Assembly (NCBI GenBank): GCA_947167825.1
Contig: CAMVJN010000001.1
Coordinates: 1-48,152 of the forward strand
Source: an uncultured Selenomonadales bacterium
Lineage (GTDB): Bacteria > Bacillota > Negativicutes > Selenomonadales > Selenomonadaceae
Reading direction: 5' to 3'
Length of the DNA stretch: 48,152 nt
Position 1 is the stretch's first letter; each line of letters starts with the position of its first letter. The notes below the pieces were generated by a model. It made no database searches. It had not been told where the DNA came from and saw only the letters and a list, made by a program, of their open reading frames with translations. The translations under genes and the position numbers were made by a program. Positions 7,545 to 15,494 of the stretch are shown here, piece after piece.

Positions 7545-7735
7545 TTTGTCAGCCCCCTTGTCCGTAGAAATTCTTCAAGCCCCCACAATGTAGGAACCAT
7601 CAAACAACAACTCTGAATCAACATCCTTCCCTCCTTCCGATTAAACGGACAATCACAATCTTGCGTTTCTTTTTTATGTTCTTCGCACCACCGCTCCACC
7701 GTCAGCGCGGCTTGCACCACGTCCTCACGCGTCAT
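7526..7735 (-). CDS. Hypothetical Cys-containing protein.
   Basis: GGGAGGTGAG lies upstream of the ATG at 7735. Confidence 0.5.
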   Translation of the reverse strand: MTREDVVQAALTVERWCEEHKKETQDCDCPFNRKEGRMLIQSCCLMVPTLWGLEEFLRTRGLTKCHSFK

Positions 7736-7737
7736 TT

Positions 7738-8040
7738 TCACATTCTCACCTCCCACGCATCCTCAAGTCCTGGATAAAGCGCGTTTAGATTCTCGCGGAT
7801 ATTCTCAACCTTTGTCTTGCCTTGGTTTATATCCTCTGCCGAAAATTGCATCCCGGTCAAAAACTTCAATAGCCGCGCCTCGCCAAAGCCGAAAACACTA
7901 TGAAGCACCCACGCCGCCAGCGTGTATGTCGTGACCGTCGCTTCAAGATTGACGTGTTCCGCCACAACGTCCCGGGCGTTTCTTACAAACGCCTCCGCCC
8001 CGCCTTTTTTCGCTAAAGCCCGCCGCTCTTTTCGATTCAT
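7738..8040 (-). CDS. Hypothetical protein.
   Basis: This 100-aa ORF is coupled to both neighbours. Confidence 0.55.
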   Translation of the reverse strand: MNRKERRALAKKGGAEAFVRNARDVVAEHVNLEATVTTYTLAAWVLHSVFGFGEARLLKFLTGMQFSAEDINQGKTKVENIRENLNALYPGLEDAWEVRM

Positions 8041-8591
8041 GCCTTCGCCCTCTTTGCCTCCGCAAGCTGGATAACCTTGCCGCTTAATGCTTGCTGTTGT
8101 TTCTGAGGCAGCCGGTCCAGCACTTCCAGATTTTCCCGTTCCGTTTTCTGTTTATCGCAAATCTCGTTATACATCCGCATGAATTGAGCGCGGCATGCTG
8201 GCATATCGCTCTCTTCCATGAAGCAAATTGCCCGTTTGCCGCCATAGTTTTTTAGAGTGTACTCAACTTCCGGGCATGAAAATTCCCATTTCCTGTCCAT
8301 GCCATTCATTCGTGCCTGCCGCATGACTTCGCCCCACGCCTCCGCCGCAGCAGGCACGGCCTTTCCATCAGCGGTAATCTTAATTGAATTTGCTGCCTCC
8401 ATGATCTGCGAGACAGCAGGAAAATACGCCAACGTATCAAGCAGTTTCATCATAGCCGCCTCAATCTCAGACGGAGCAAGCCGCGACAAAGCACGCGCAT
8501 AGATAATCAGCGTATCTTCTTTTACATGGGAACTGGGAAACGCCATCAAGTACGGTTTTAAGACCCTAACAACATCTGCTTCCTTCGTCAT
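8037..8591 (-). CDS. Putative helicase-loader-like replication accessory protein (G39P-like, tentative).
   Basis: It follows the initiator gene, with GGAGGG upstream of the ATG at 8591. LKPYLMAFPSSHV...LAPSEIEAAMMKLL resembles the loader N-domain from memory. Confidence 0.45.
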   Translation of the reverse strand: MTKEADVVRVLKPYLMAFPSSHVKEDTLIIYARALSRLAPSEIEAAMMKLLDTLAYFPAVSQIMEAANSIKITADGKAVPAAAEAWGEVMRQARMNGMDRKWEFSCPEVEYTLKNYGGKRAICFMEESDMPACRAQFMRMYNEICDKQKTERENLEVLDRLPQKQQQALSGKVIQLAEAKRAKA

Positions 8592-9462
8592 TCTTATTAC
8601 CCTCCAAACTTTCAAGCATAGATATAGCCCGATCTGCAATATCGGCCTTTTCGCTGTATATTGTTTCCTGAGGAATTTCATCTTCCCATCGTCGCTGATT
8701 CAGCCACGTCGCCGGATTCGGGATGAATTGCCCTCCGTCTTTTTTCCACTGTCGAGAAAGAGACGCTGCACGAACCGCGCGAATCATCGTTTCATGAAGC
8801 TCCTGCGTAGGCTTGATTTTCAAATAAGCTTTTTCAGCAGCGCCTTTCCCGGTCTTGTTAGGGTAGGCATCCCAAAACTCCTTGAATCTTCTTTTCCACA
8901 AGTTTTCCACAGGCTTGCCCTCGCGCGCGTGAGACTGTGCGTCAGCACACTCGACACTTGATTCAGGATTCAGAGAATGGGGATTCAAGGAAGAGGGATT
9001 CAGGGATTCAGAGAATGGGGATTCAGCATGGCTCGACAACGCCTTTTCATGGCTAGGCAACACCTTGGTCTTGCCTAGGTCTTGCCTAGGCATTTCCTTT
9101 CCACTGCATTCAGTATTTTCAAGTGTTTCATCCTTTTCATCGTAAGGAGGTATGATACTCTTTGCTTCTCTTGGGTGTGGATTTTGGTGACGTGTAAAGG
9201 TTATGACTTGTACATACCTTTTCCCGGCTATGCAGTACCTTTTAATGAAATTTCGTGAATCAAGATCATTCAAAAGAGAATCGACGTCAAAATTATCATA
9301 GGGAAAAATCTCAGCTTTGATTTTTTTCGGTCGATCCTCCAAGCGCCCCTCACGATCTGCAAGCAACCATAAACCAATAAACAAAAGCCTTCCCTCTGGG
9401 CTAATTTCAGCCAAATCCTCATTCATAAAAAACCCAGGCTTTATATTTCTCGCTCTAGCCAT
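8566..9462 (-). CDS. Phage replication initiator / replisome organiser.
   Basis: It has the conserved N-terminus MARARNIKPGFFMNEDLAE...LFIGLWLLADREGRLEDRP...HQNPH and the C-terminal FWDAYPNKTGKG...NPATWLNQRRWEDE. DNA iterons lie in its linker. Confidence 0.65.
   Translation of the reverse strand: MARARNIKPGFFMNEDLAEISPEGRLLFIGLWLLADREGRLEDRPKKIKAEIFPYDNFDVDSLLNDLDSRNFIKRYCIAGKRYVQVITFTRHQNPHPREAKSIIPPYDEKDETLENTECSGKEMPRQDLGKTKVLPSHEKALSSHAESPFSESLNPSSLNPHSLNPESSVECADAQSHAREGKPVENLWKRRFKEFWDAYPNKTGKGAAEKAYLKIKPTQELHETMIRAVRAASLSRQWKKDGGQFIPNPATWLNQRRWEDEIPQETIYSEKADIADRAISMLESLEGNKNDEGSRCC
8960..9089. repeat. Iteron cluster inside the initiator gene, a putative origin of replication.
   Basis: There are six GATTCA(G/A) copies, including an exact 22-mer repeated at 8966..8987 and 9004..9025. 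The tandem 11-mer GTCTTGCCTAG occurs twice (9068..9089), with an inverted CTAGGCAA at 9053..9060. Confidence 0.5.
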
Positions 9463-9474
9463 AACGCCACCCCA

Positions 9475-9861
9475 TCAATACGGAATATCATCATTCCCGC
9501 CGAAGTCTCCGCCATCGTCCTGCCGTCTGCTGTCCGCAAACTCGATATTGTCCACCAATACGTCCGTCGTGTAGTGCTTCACGCCGTCCTTCTCATAGCT
9601 GCCGGTCTGCAAGTTGCCCTCGACCAAGATTTTTTTGCCTTTGAAAAGATACTTCTCCGCAAATTCCGCCGTCTTTCCCCACGCTATCAGCGTCGGAAAG
9701 TCTGCTTGCTGCTGGCCGTCCTTTGCCTTCCTGCGATCTACCGCCAGTGTCATTCGAGCGTATACCTTCCCGCTGTTCGTCTGCCTCACGTCCGGGTCCT
9801 TCGTCAACCGGCCGCAAAGAATTACACTGTTCAAAATACTTCCTCCCTTCGCCCCCGGCAT
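9475..9861 (-). CDS. ssb: Single-stranded DNA-binding protein.
   Basis: It has an OB-fold pattern (VILCGRLTKDPDVRQT...ADFPTLIAWGKTAE) and an acidic tail ending DDIPY. The ATG at 9861 overlaps the upstream stop as TAATG. Confidence 0.9.
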   Translation of the reverse strand: MPGAKGGSILNSVILCGRLTKDPDVRQTNSGKVYARMTLAVDRRKAKDGQQQADFPTLIAWGKTAEFAEKYLFKGKKILVEGNLQTGSYEKDGVKHYTTDVLVDNIEFADSRRQDDGGDFGGNDDIPY

Positions 9862-10688
9862 TACACCGGGGGCTTTAAGTTTTTCATGTGGGCTTTCATA
9901 GCCGCTGGCCTTGTCCATTGACGTTGATATTGCCGCCATTCTCGCGGGTATTCTTTCCATTCGCGTGGTTGATATAGCTGTGCAAAAGGCAACGCCCCAG
10001 CCCAAAATATTGTTTGCAAGCGTTCTTCATTCTCGCTCATATCGTCACCGATCAGCGCATAACAACGGATTTTATTTTGACTAAATCCCGCCTTGACTAG
10101 CTTCTCGCACGCTTTCAGAAAAGGCTTTATTCTTGGCTTGCTATCGCAAGCCAACCACAAATCAAATATCCGCAAGTTTCGCATTTCTTCAACGTCCCAA
10201 TCCGTCAAAAACTCGCTTTCAAGTCCCCCCCTAAAAGACACTTGCTTTTGTGTTTTCAACATATCGTAGACGCGCCGCTTGTGCGCCTTGCTGCACGCAA
10301 GAAAATTATTGTCTTGAATAATATTCCCAACGGCGAAATTTTCGATTTCCCGCAAGCGTCCTTCGCGTTTCGGGACAAAACAGAAAGCGCAGTTATTTAT
10401 ACAGCCTCGGCTTGTTACCGTCACTCCGTGCTTTAGATACAACCCCGGAACAAAATCGCCTGTGCAAGGATCGTCAAAAGCAACGCCGCCTATTTTTACA
10501 GGCTTGTCCGTCACATCTTGCCAACAATCCCTAAGCCATTTACCGCGCTCAATATCCCAAGTGAACGTAACGACAATGTGTACTTCGTCATGTTCTGGGA
10601 CAAACAGCCCCGGCACATCGTAAAACGCCAAATCATCAACGGGCGTTAAGTTTGTTTTTCGTGCAAATACCCGCAAGATTCGTTTCAT
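9861..10688 (-). CDS. Radical SAM domain protein of unknown function.
   Basis: It has a CxxxCxxC cluster in TSRGCINNCAFCFVPKREG and is 275 aa long. Confidence 0.75.
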   Translation of the reverse strand: MKRILRVFARKTNLTPVDDLAFYDVPGLFVPEHDEVHIVVTFTWDIERGKWLRDCWQDVTDKPVKIGGVAFDDPCTGDFVPGLYLKHGVTVTSRGCINNCAFCFVPKREGRLREIENFAVGNIIQDNNFLACSKAHKRRVYDMLKTQKQVSFRGGLESEFLTDWDVEEMRNLRIFDLWLACDSKPRIKPFLKACEKLVKAGFSQNKIRCYALIGDDMSENEERLQTIFWAGALPFAQLYQPREWKEYPREWRQYQRQWTRPAAMKAHMKNLKPPV

Positions 10689-11557
10689 TTCCGTGCAGCC
10701 TCATCCAGCGCCGCATCCAAAATCTCATCATCATCATTGGTTGTTGCGTTTTTTGCAATAACCTCTCCCGTCTCTTTATCAACAGCCTCGGCCTCAATCA
10801 CCGTCTCGTCCGGCATATCCGCCATGTTGACTTCCAATCCGCTCTTGATCGTCTCGTCCTGTGAAACGGCTCTCACAAATTCTGTTTTTATCGGCGCATA
10901 TTTCAGTGATTGCTTTAATACGGTTTTCTTGGCCATGCTGTCGAAGTTTGTGTTCCACGGAGAAAAGGAGCTATTTGCCGCTTTGGAGTATTTATTTTTG
11001 TGAGCAACCACATCTTCTTTGCTCATAACCTCAAATCCATAGCCGCCCGATTTCGTATGCCATACGGCGTAGTACAGAATCACCGCGCCCCTATCCTTCA
11101 AAGCTGGAATGTGTTTCAGCTTCGGCGTCAATCCCAGCTCATACTCGAACGTGTCATTCTCATGCACTTCATGCGCCTGAATATCCGTTATCTCCCCGCT
11201 CCTATACGCAAGGTCAATCAATCCTTTTGCTCCAAGGACAAACTGAACCTCATCGACGCCCTTGTTTTTGAACGGAATCAAGTACGCTTGCCCCAACGGG
11301 GTATTGGGTTCCAACCCAAGTTGTGCGGCCTGCATCATAGCTCCAAGAAAACTTTTCGGCGTGCATTGCGCAAGCGTTGGATTCGTACTCATGGCCGTCA
11401 GCACCATGCGCGTAAACCGCTCCGGCGTAATGACCGAAGGCAGCGCCTTCTGTATCTCGCCCTGCATGGAGACGATCAAATCCTTCATACTCTTTTGCGG
11501 CTTCGCCGCCGCCTGTGTGGTCGCCTGTGTAATTGCTCCGCCTTTAATGTTTGCCAT
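10685..11557 (-). CDS. recT: RecT-family single-strand annealing recombinase.
   Basis: It matches typical RecT sequence (PERFTRMVLTAMSTNPTLAQCTPKSFLGAMMQAAQLGLEPN...AYLIPF). Confidence 0.9.
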   Translation of the reverse strand: MANIKGGAITQATTQAAAKPQKSMKDLIVSMQGEIQKALPSVITPERFTRMVLTAMSTNPTLAQCTPKSFLGAMMQAAQLGLEPNTPLGQAYLIPFKNKGVDEVQFVLGAKGLIDLAYRSGEITDIQAHEVHENDTFEYELGLTPKLKHIPALKDRGAVILYYAVWHTKSGGYGFEVMSKEDVVAHKNKYSKAANSSFSPWNTNFDSMAKKTVLKQSLKYAPIKTEFVRAVSQDETIKSGLEVNMADMPDETVIEAEAVDKETGEVIAKNATTNDDDEILDAALDEAARK

Positions 11558-11867
11558 TGTTTTTCTCCTCCTCTGGATAATTTTCTTCTAATATTTCCCC
11601 TATGGTTTGACCTGTTAAATCGCATGCACAATAAACATCGTAGGAATCATATCCGCTTTCGATACTCGAAGCCCCGCGCCTTGCGTAGTCAACTGCTTCA
11701 TCAACAGATATATAATTCCCAAAATCTCCGCTCTGATACGCCGTGCAATCCTCGGTGCAATACCTAGGACACATTAGCCTATGCTTCCTTCCGATTGCCT
11801 GTACTCGTCTACATGCCTTTAAGTGTATGCAATCTTCCATGACCTCAAACACATCCTCACCCCGCAA
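11544..11867 (-). CDS. Hypothetical Cys-rich protein.
   Basis: This 107-aa ORF is coupled to both neighbours. Confidence 0.55.
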   Translation of the reverse strand: MRGEDVFEVMEDCIHLKACRRVQAIGRKHRLMCPRYCTEDCTAYQSGDFGNYISVDEAVDYARRGASSIESGYDSYDVYCACDLTGQTIGEILEENYPEEEKNNGKH

Positions 11868-12795
11868 TCTTCAAAACCCTAGTGGGATTCCCCACCTTTG
11901 AATACTGCTGCCATACGTCCGGCCTCTCCGCCTTCAGCCGCTTGCTGTCAATCGTCGTGCGCCCGGCTTGCGTTTTCCATGTTACCCTTCGACCCTCGGC
12001 AGTCGTCCCAATCTCGGCGTCGCCAAGCATAGCCCGCAGCTTGTTTTCCTGCTCGTCGATCTGCGACTTGATATTCTTCGCGCTCTCTTTCAGACCGTCC
12101 AACGCCAGGAAAATTTTGTCGGCCTCACTCGGCAATTCGATAGCCTGACCGCCGCCGCTAAACTTCTCCGCCAATGCCTGCGTGCAGCTCTCGGAGCCGT
12201 CCACGTCCGGCATTTCCTGCGCCTCGACCTTCCGCCAAAACTCCGCCTCGGCTTCAAGCAGAGCGGAAATATCGTCCTCGTTCCGCGGTATCTCTTTCCA
12301 TACAAAGTGATTGCCGCCGATCAGCGCCGCAATGTACCACGTCTTTGCCCCTGTGACCGCCATGTAGTGCTGGCATTGGACGTAGTACGCATCAGGCACA
12401 TTGTCCCCGTCCCAAGCTTTCGCCGCGAAACCGTTTGCCGTCTTGCATTCAAGCCCGGCATCCTCACCCACGACAAGCCGATCAACCGACGCCAACAGAT
12501 AAGGGATATCGTCGTGCTGTAAGAGACCCCGACGTACAACCTTCTTTCCCGTGCGAATTGTAAACTCTTTTGCAACGACTTCTTCCAACGTCGTACCCCA
12601 ATACACATACTCATTGTCACTCAAATCCTCCGGCTCCGCCTGCCCCGTTTTCTCTAGCCAAAGCTGGAACGGAGACTTCCAGTGATTCAGCCCGACGATC
12701 ACAGACGCATCCGAGCCGCCGATTCCTTTGTTTCTTGCCGCCAACCATGCGGCCTTGTCCTGCATCTGCTCGACCGTCATAATCAATTTTGCCAT
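11857..12795 (-). CDS. YqaJ-like (lambda Exo-type, PD-(D/E)XK) recombination exonuclease.
   Basis: It has GIGGSDASVIVGLNHWKSPFQLW, VDRLV...GLECKT and YYVQCQHYMAVTG, and it is partnered with recT. Confidence 0.9.
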   Translation of the reverse strand: MAKLIMTVEQMQDKAAWLAARNKGIGGSDASVIVGLNHWKSPFQLWLEKTGQAEPEDLSDNEYVYWGTTLEEVVAKEFTIRTGKKVVRRGLLQHDDIPYLLASVDRLVVGEDAGLECKTANGFAAKAWDGDNVPDAYYVQCQHYMAVTGAKTWYIAALIGGNHFVWKEIPRNEDDISALLEAEAEFWRKVEAQEMPDVDGSESCTQALAEKFSGGGQAIELPSEADKIFLALDGLKESAKNIKSQIDEQENKLRAMLGDAEIGTTAEGRRVTWKTQAGRTTIDSKRLKAERPDVWQQYSKVGNPTRVLKIAG

Positions 12796-12971
12796 TCGTC
12801 TGACCTCCCATCGTATGCCTCGTCAGCCTTCCGGCACAGTTTTTCCCATTCGCTTTCCCGTCCCGGCTCGTCGTCGTCCGGCCAATAGGAATCAAGCAGC
12901 ATTTTGTTTTCTAATTCATTGTTCACGTTCAAAACCTCCTTTTGTTTCCACGCCTGCCGTGCCTGCCGCAT
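12783..12971 (-). CDS. Hypothetical acidic protein.
   Basis: This 62-aa ORF lies within the operon. Confidence 0.5.
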   Translation of the reverse strand: MRQARQAWKQKEVLNVNNELENKMLLDSYWPDDDEPGRESEWEKLCRKADEAYDGRSDEWQN

Positions 12972-13432
12972 TATGCAATCCTAGTTTGTAAAGCCGCCGC
13001 CGCCGCAAACACTTCCGAAAGCTCCTGCAAATCAGCGTACTTCTTTTGAAATTCCCGAAGCTCTGCAAGCGCGGTTTGCAAAAGGCTTTCCCGCAAATGT
13101 TCGTTTCCCATGGCTGAAATAATGGAAATATACGAATGCTTTTCTTCCGTCGCCCGGACAAAAGCGCGTACAGTTTTTGGCGCTTCATCCGCTACATGCT
13201 CGACCGTAACTGTCAAGCTGCGAAGGATTGCTCCCGCCTGCGTTTCGCGATACTTTTCCGCCGCCTTTTTATTGTCCCATTCAAAGCAGTTATGCAGCGG
13301 CGCGTTTTTCGGCGTTGATTCCTTGACAATAATCTCCGGCGATACCTTTCCATGCTTCTTCTCAAGCCCTTCGATAAACTCCCCTGCAACTTGCGCTTTT
13401 ACAGGCATTGCAAATTTCCATGAGTAAATCAT
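12971..13432 (-). CDS. Conserved hypothetical phage protein.
   Basis: AAAGGGGG lies upstream of the ATG at 13432, and the protein contains the motif CFEWDNKKAAEKYRETQA. Confidence 0.6.
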   Translation of the reverse strand: MIYSWKFAMPVKAQVAGEFIEGLEKKHGKVSPEIIVKESTPKNAPLHNCFEWDNKKAAEKYRETQAGAILRSLTVTVEHVADEAPKTVRAFVRATEEKHSYISIISAMGNEHLRESLLQTALAELREFQKKYADLQELSEVFAAAAALQTRIA

Positions 13433-13460
13433 TTCAAAACCCCCTTTGATATAATCTTGA

Positions 13461-13716
13461 CCCCACCAGCCACACCTAGCCACGCCCCGCCTCAACCTAA
13501 CAAGCCACGCCTAACCCGGACATACCACACCTGCCTTGCCCAACCATAACCTGCCTCGCCCCGCTCGGCCACGCCCCGCCTTACCTGCCATGCCAAAACC
13601 CGCCATGCATCAACCAACCGTAACAAAACTGACCTAGCCTCGCCTGCCTTGCCTAGCCTTGCCTAGCCCCGCCATACCTAACCGTGCCATACCGAGCCTC
13701 GCCCCGCCTGCCAAAA
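13461..13716. repeat. Non-coding, G-poor array of degenerate GCC-based short repeats.
   Basis: I counted 29 GCC trinucleotides. Nearly every G on the plus strand sits inside a GCC. The tandem CCTTGCCTAG occurs twice at 13647..13666, and the 14-mer GCCACGCCCCGCCT occurs at 13479 and 13568. Confidence 0.8.
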
Positions 13717-14364
13717 TCAAGCTACATGGAAACGTCCATAAGTGCCATCTTTGGAAGGACGCCATTCACCAATCCCGTTTGCGAATCCGCCAAGATTAAG
13801 GATATTCGTAATCTGCTCCGCCGAAATTGCTTGTTCGTTGTATGTGATTTCAAGCGTAACGCTCCACTCCGTAAACTCCGGGCGGTATCGAATATCCGCC
13901 GTCCCCTGCCCAATACGAACCATATCCTCACGGATAACAGGCGGTGCCCCTTCGATTTCCGCAAACTCCCCGGCAATATGGAAAGCTCCGCGAAGCGTCG
14001 TTTTCTTGTCAACCGCGCCTTGCTGATACGCCGCGTCGATTGCACTTGACTTGAACGCCAATACCGGGAAACCAAAACGACCTTTCTGCACCGCCGCCAT
14101 GATTTCATCATCCGTCATGGAATCAAACTCCGGCTTTTCGGAAAGCCAATACAAAGCCGCTGCAAAATCAACCATAGGACGCTTTGCGTCTTTGCCAGTC
14201 GTTGCCTTCTTCATTTGCTTGTAAAGCATTTCCTTTTTCGCCTTTTCGCTCCATGCGTGAACGATCAGCGGCGAATCTCCGACCAGTTTCAAAGAAAACC
14301 TTTTCAGCTTGATACCCGGAATCGAGATTGCCATTTCCTCTTTTGCTTTTTTCGTTGTTGCCAT
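13717..14364 (-). CDS. Conserved hypothetical phage protein of 215 aa.
   Basis: It has a good RBS (AAAGGAG) and the C-terminal motif GIGEWRPSKDGTYGRFHV. I do not recognise the family. Confidence 0.7.
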   Translation of the reverse strand: MATTKKAKEEMAISIPGIKLKRFSLKLVGDSPLIVHAWSEKAKKEMLYKQMKKATTGKDAKRPMVDFAAALYWLSEKPEFDSMTDDEIMAAVQKGRFGFPVLAFKSSAIDAAYQQGAVDKKTTLRGAFHIAGEFAEIEGAPPVIREDMVRIGQGTADIRYRPEFTEWSVTLEITYNEQAISAEQITNILNLGGFANGIGEWRPSKDGTYGRFHVA

Positions 14365-14436
14365 TGTTCAAAACTCCTTTTCATGTTATAATTTAATTGT
14401 TCAAAACTTCTTTTAGGCTTGACGTGTTGGCCCACG

Positions 14437-14742
14437 TCAGGCCTTTTTTCTTTTTCCGCGGTTCCTCGAATACTCCCGCCACCAGTCAAGGCACGCTTGG
14501 CACATCGTATGCCCTTCGGCTGCCTTTTCCCTGCGGCACTTTACGCAAATGCCTTTTGCCTTGTACCACTCCCGCGTCTCTTTTGCCTCGGCGGAAATCT
14601 TCTCCTTATACTTTTGATACCGTTTGCGCTGATATGCATTTGCCCTTGACCTATACGCCTTGTAGCCACAGGCCGCACAGAGCTTTCGATTCAGCGCGGC
14701 GTTTTCCGGCAGCGGCTCACCACAGACCTCGCAATATCTCAT
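14437..14742 (-). CDS. Zinc-ribbon-like Cys-rich protein.
   Basis: It contains CEVCG...CAACG and CVKC...CQAC pairs. The start is the ATG at 14742. Confidence 0.55.
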   Translation of the reverse strand: MRYCEVCGEPLPENAALNRKLCAACGYKAYRSRANAYQRKRYQKYKEKISAEAKETREWYKAKGICVKCRREKAAEGHTMCQACLDWWREYSRNRGKRKKA

Positions 14743-14837
14743 GCCAATACCCCCAAAAGGAACCAAGCCTCGACCAAAAAAGCTGCAATCAATACCGCAT
14801 CTTTCCCCTCATCCGTCAAGCTGTCCCAAATCTTCAT
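14739..14837 (-). CDS. Tiny hydrophobic peptide of 32 aa.
   Basis: GGAGTG forms the RBS, and an ATGA overlap couples it to the downstream gene. Confidence 0.3.
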   Translation of the reverse strand: MKIWDSLTDEGKDAVLIAAFLVEAWFLLGVLA

Positions 14838-15157
14838 GCTACTTTCACTCCTTCCGGTATTTCATACGCATCCATTCCCCGTGCTTGCCAATGCTCATAT
14901 CGGCAGCCGCGGCTCCGCCTCCATCCCGGGGCAAACAACACGGCGTCGCAAGACTTCATCAGATTCGTTGCCATTCGCAAGATCGTGTAATCGTCCAAGT
15001 CCTGGAAGTCCTTGAAATACTCCAACGGATTGACAATCACAAAATCATACTCGCCTTCCCTGCGCCACAACTCTTCATACAGTTTCGCCAGCGCAGCCGC
15101 TTTCTCGCGGTTCTCCTGCCGCCCGCCGAACGGGTGTGAAAGATAAATTCTTCGCAT
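14834..15157 (-). CDS. DUF4406 / nucleoside 2-deoxyribosyltransferase-like protein (tentative).
   Basis: The pattern is IYLSHPFGG...NP...CDAVLFAPGWRRSRGCRYEH. Confidence 0.5.
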   Translation of the reverse strand: MRRIYLSHPFGGRQENREKAAALAKLYEELWRREGEYDFVIVNPLEYFKDFQDLDDYTILRMATNLMKSCDAVLFAPGWRRSRGCRYEHWQARGMDAYEIPEGVKVA

Positions 15158-15172
15158 TACATCCCCCTCCAA

Positions 15173-15286
15173 TCACATTTTCCCCAGCGTCCACGACGCC
15201 CAAATACCAACCCAAAGCCCGAACGTCAGACCGGCAAGAAAGCCGAGCATCGAAGCCGTCAGGATAAACCGCAAAAAATTATCCAT
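15173..15286 (-). CDS. Small membrane protein of 37 aa.
   Basis: MDNFLRFILTASMLGFLAGLTFGLWVGIWASWTLGKM. Its ATG overlaps the upstream stop. Confidence 0.4.
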   Translation of the reverse strand: MDNFLRFILTASMLGFLAGLTFGLWVGIWASWTLGKM

Positions 15287-15494
15287 CGTTATCACCCAAT
15301 GCATCCGCCCAACACTGGCCGCAATGCCCAAGTTCAAAAACGCGCTCCGTGTCCTCATATCCACAAACATCTTTATTGACTGCTTTCAATCCGGCATCAT
15401 GAGGACAAGCGCCGTTTTCAATAACTTCTTCAAAAAACGTCGGGGAGTTTACACGCAACATTTTCAAAGCTTCGACAACCTTCTTCTTACTCAC
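15279..15494 (-). CDS. Hypothetical Cys-containing protein.
   Basis: A GTG start at 15494 is preceded by GGAGGGG. Confidence 0.5.
   Translation of the reverse strand: MSKKKVVEALKMLRVNSPTFFEEVIENGACPHDAGLKAVNKDVCGYEDTERVFELGHCGQCWADALGDNDG

Noticed and set aside
13461-13716. The GCC-repeat tract, or the 8960..9089 iterons, as a CRISPR array.
   Set aside because: The repeat units are 5-22 bp and degenerate, with no regular repeat-spacer periodicity, and no cas genes are present.
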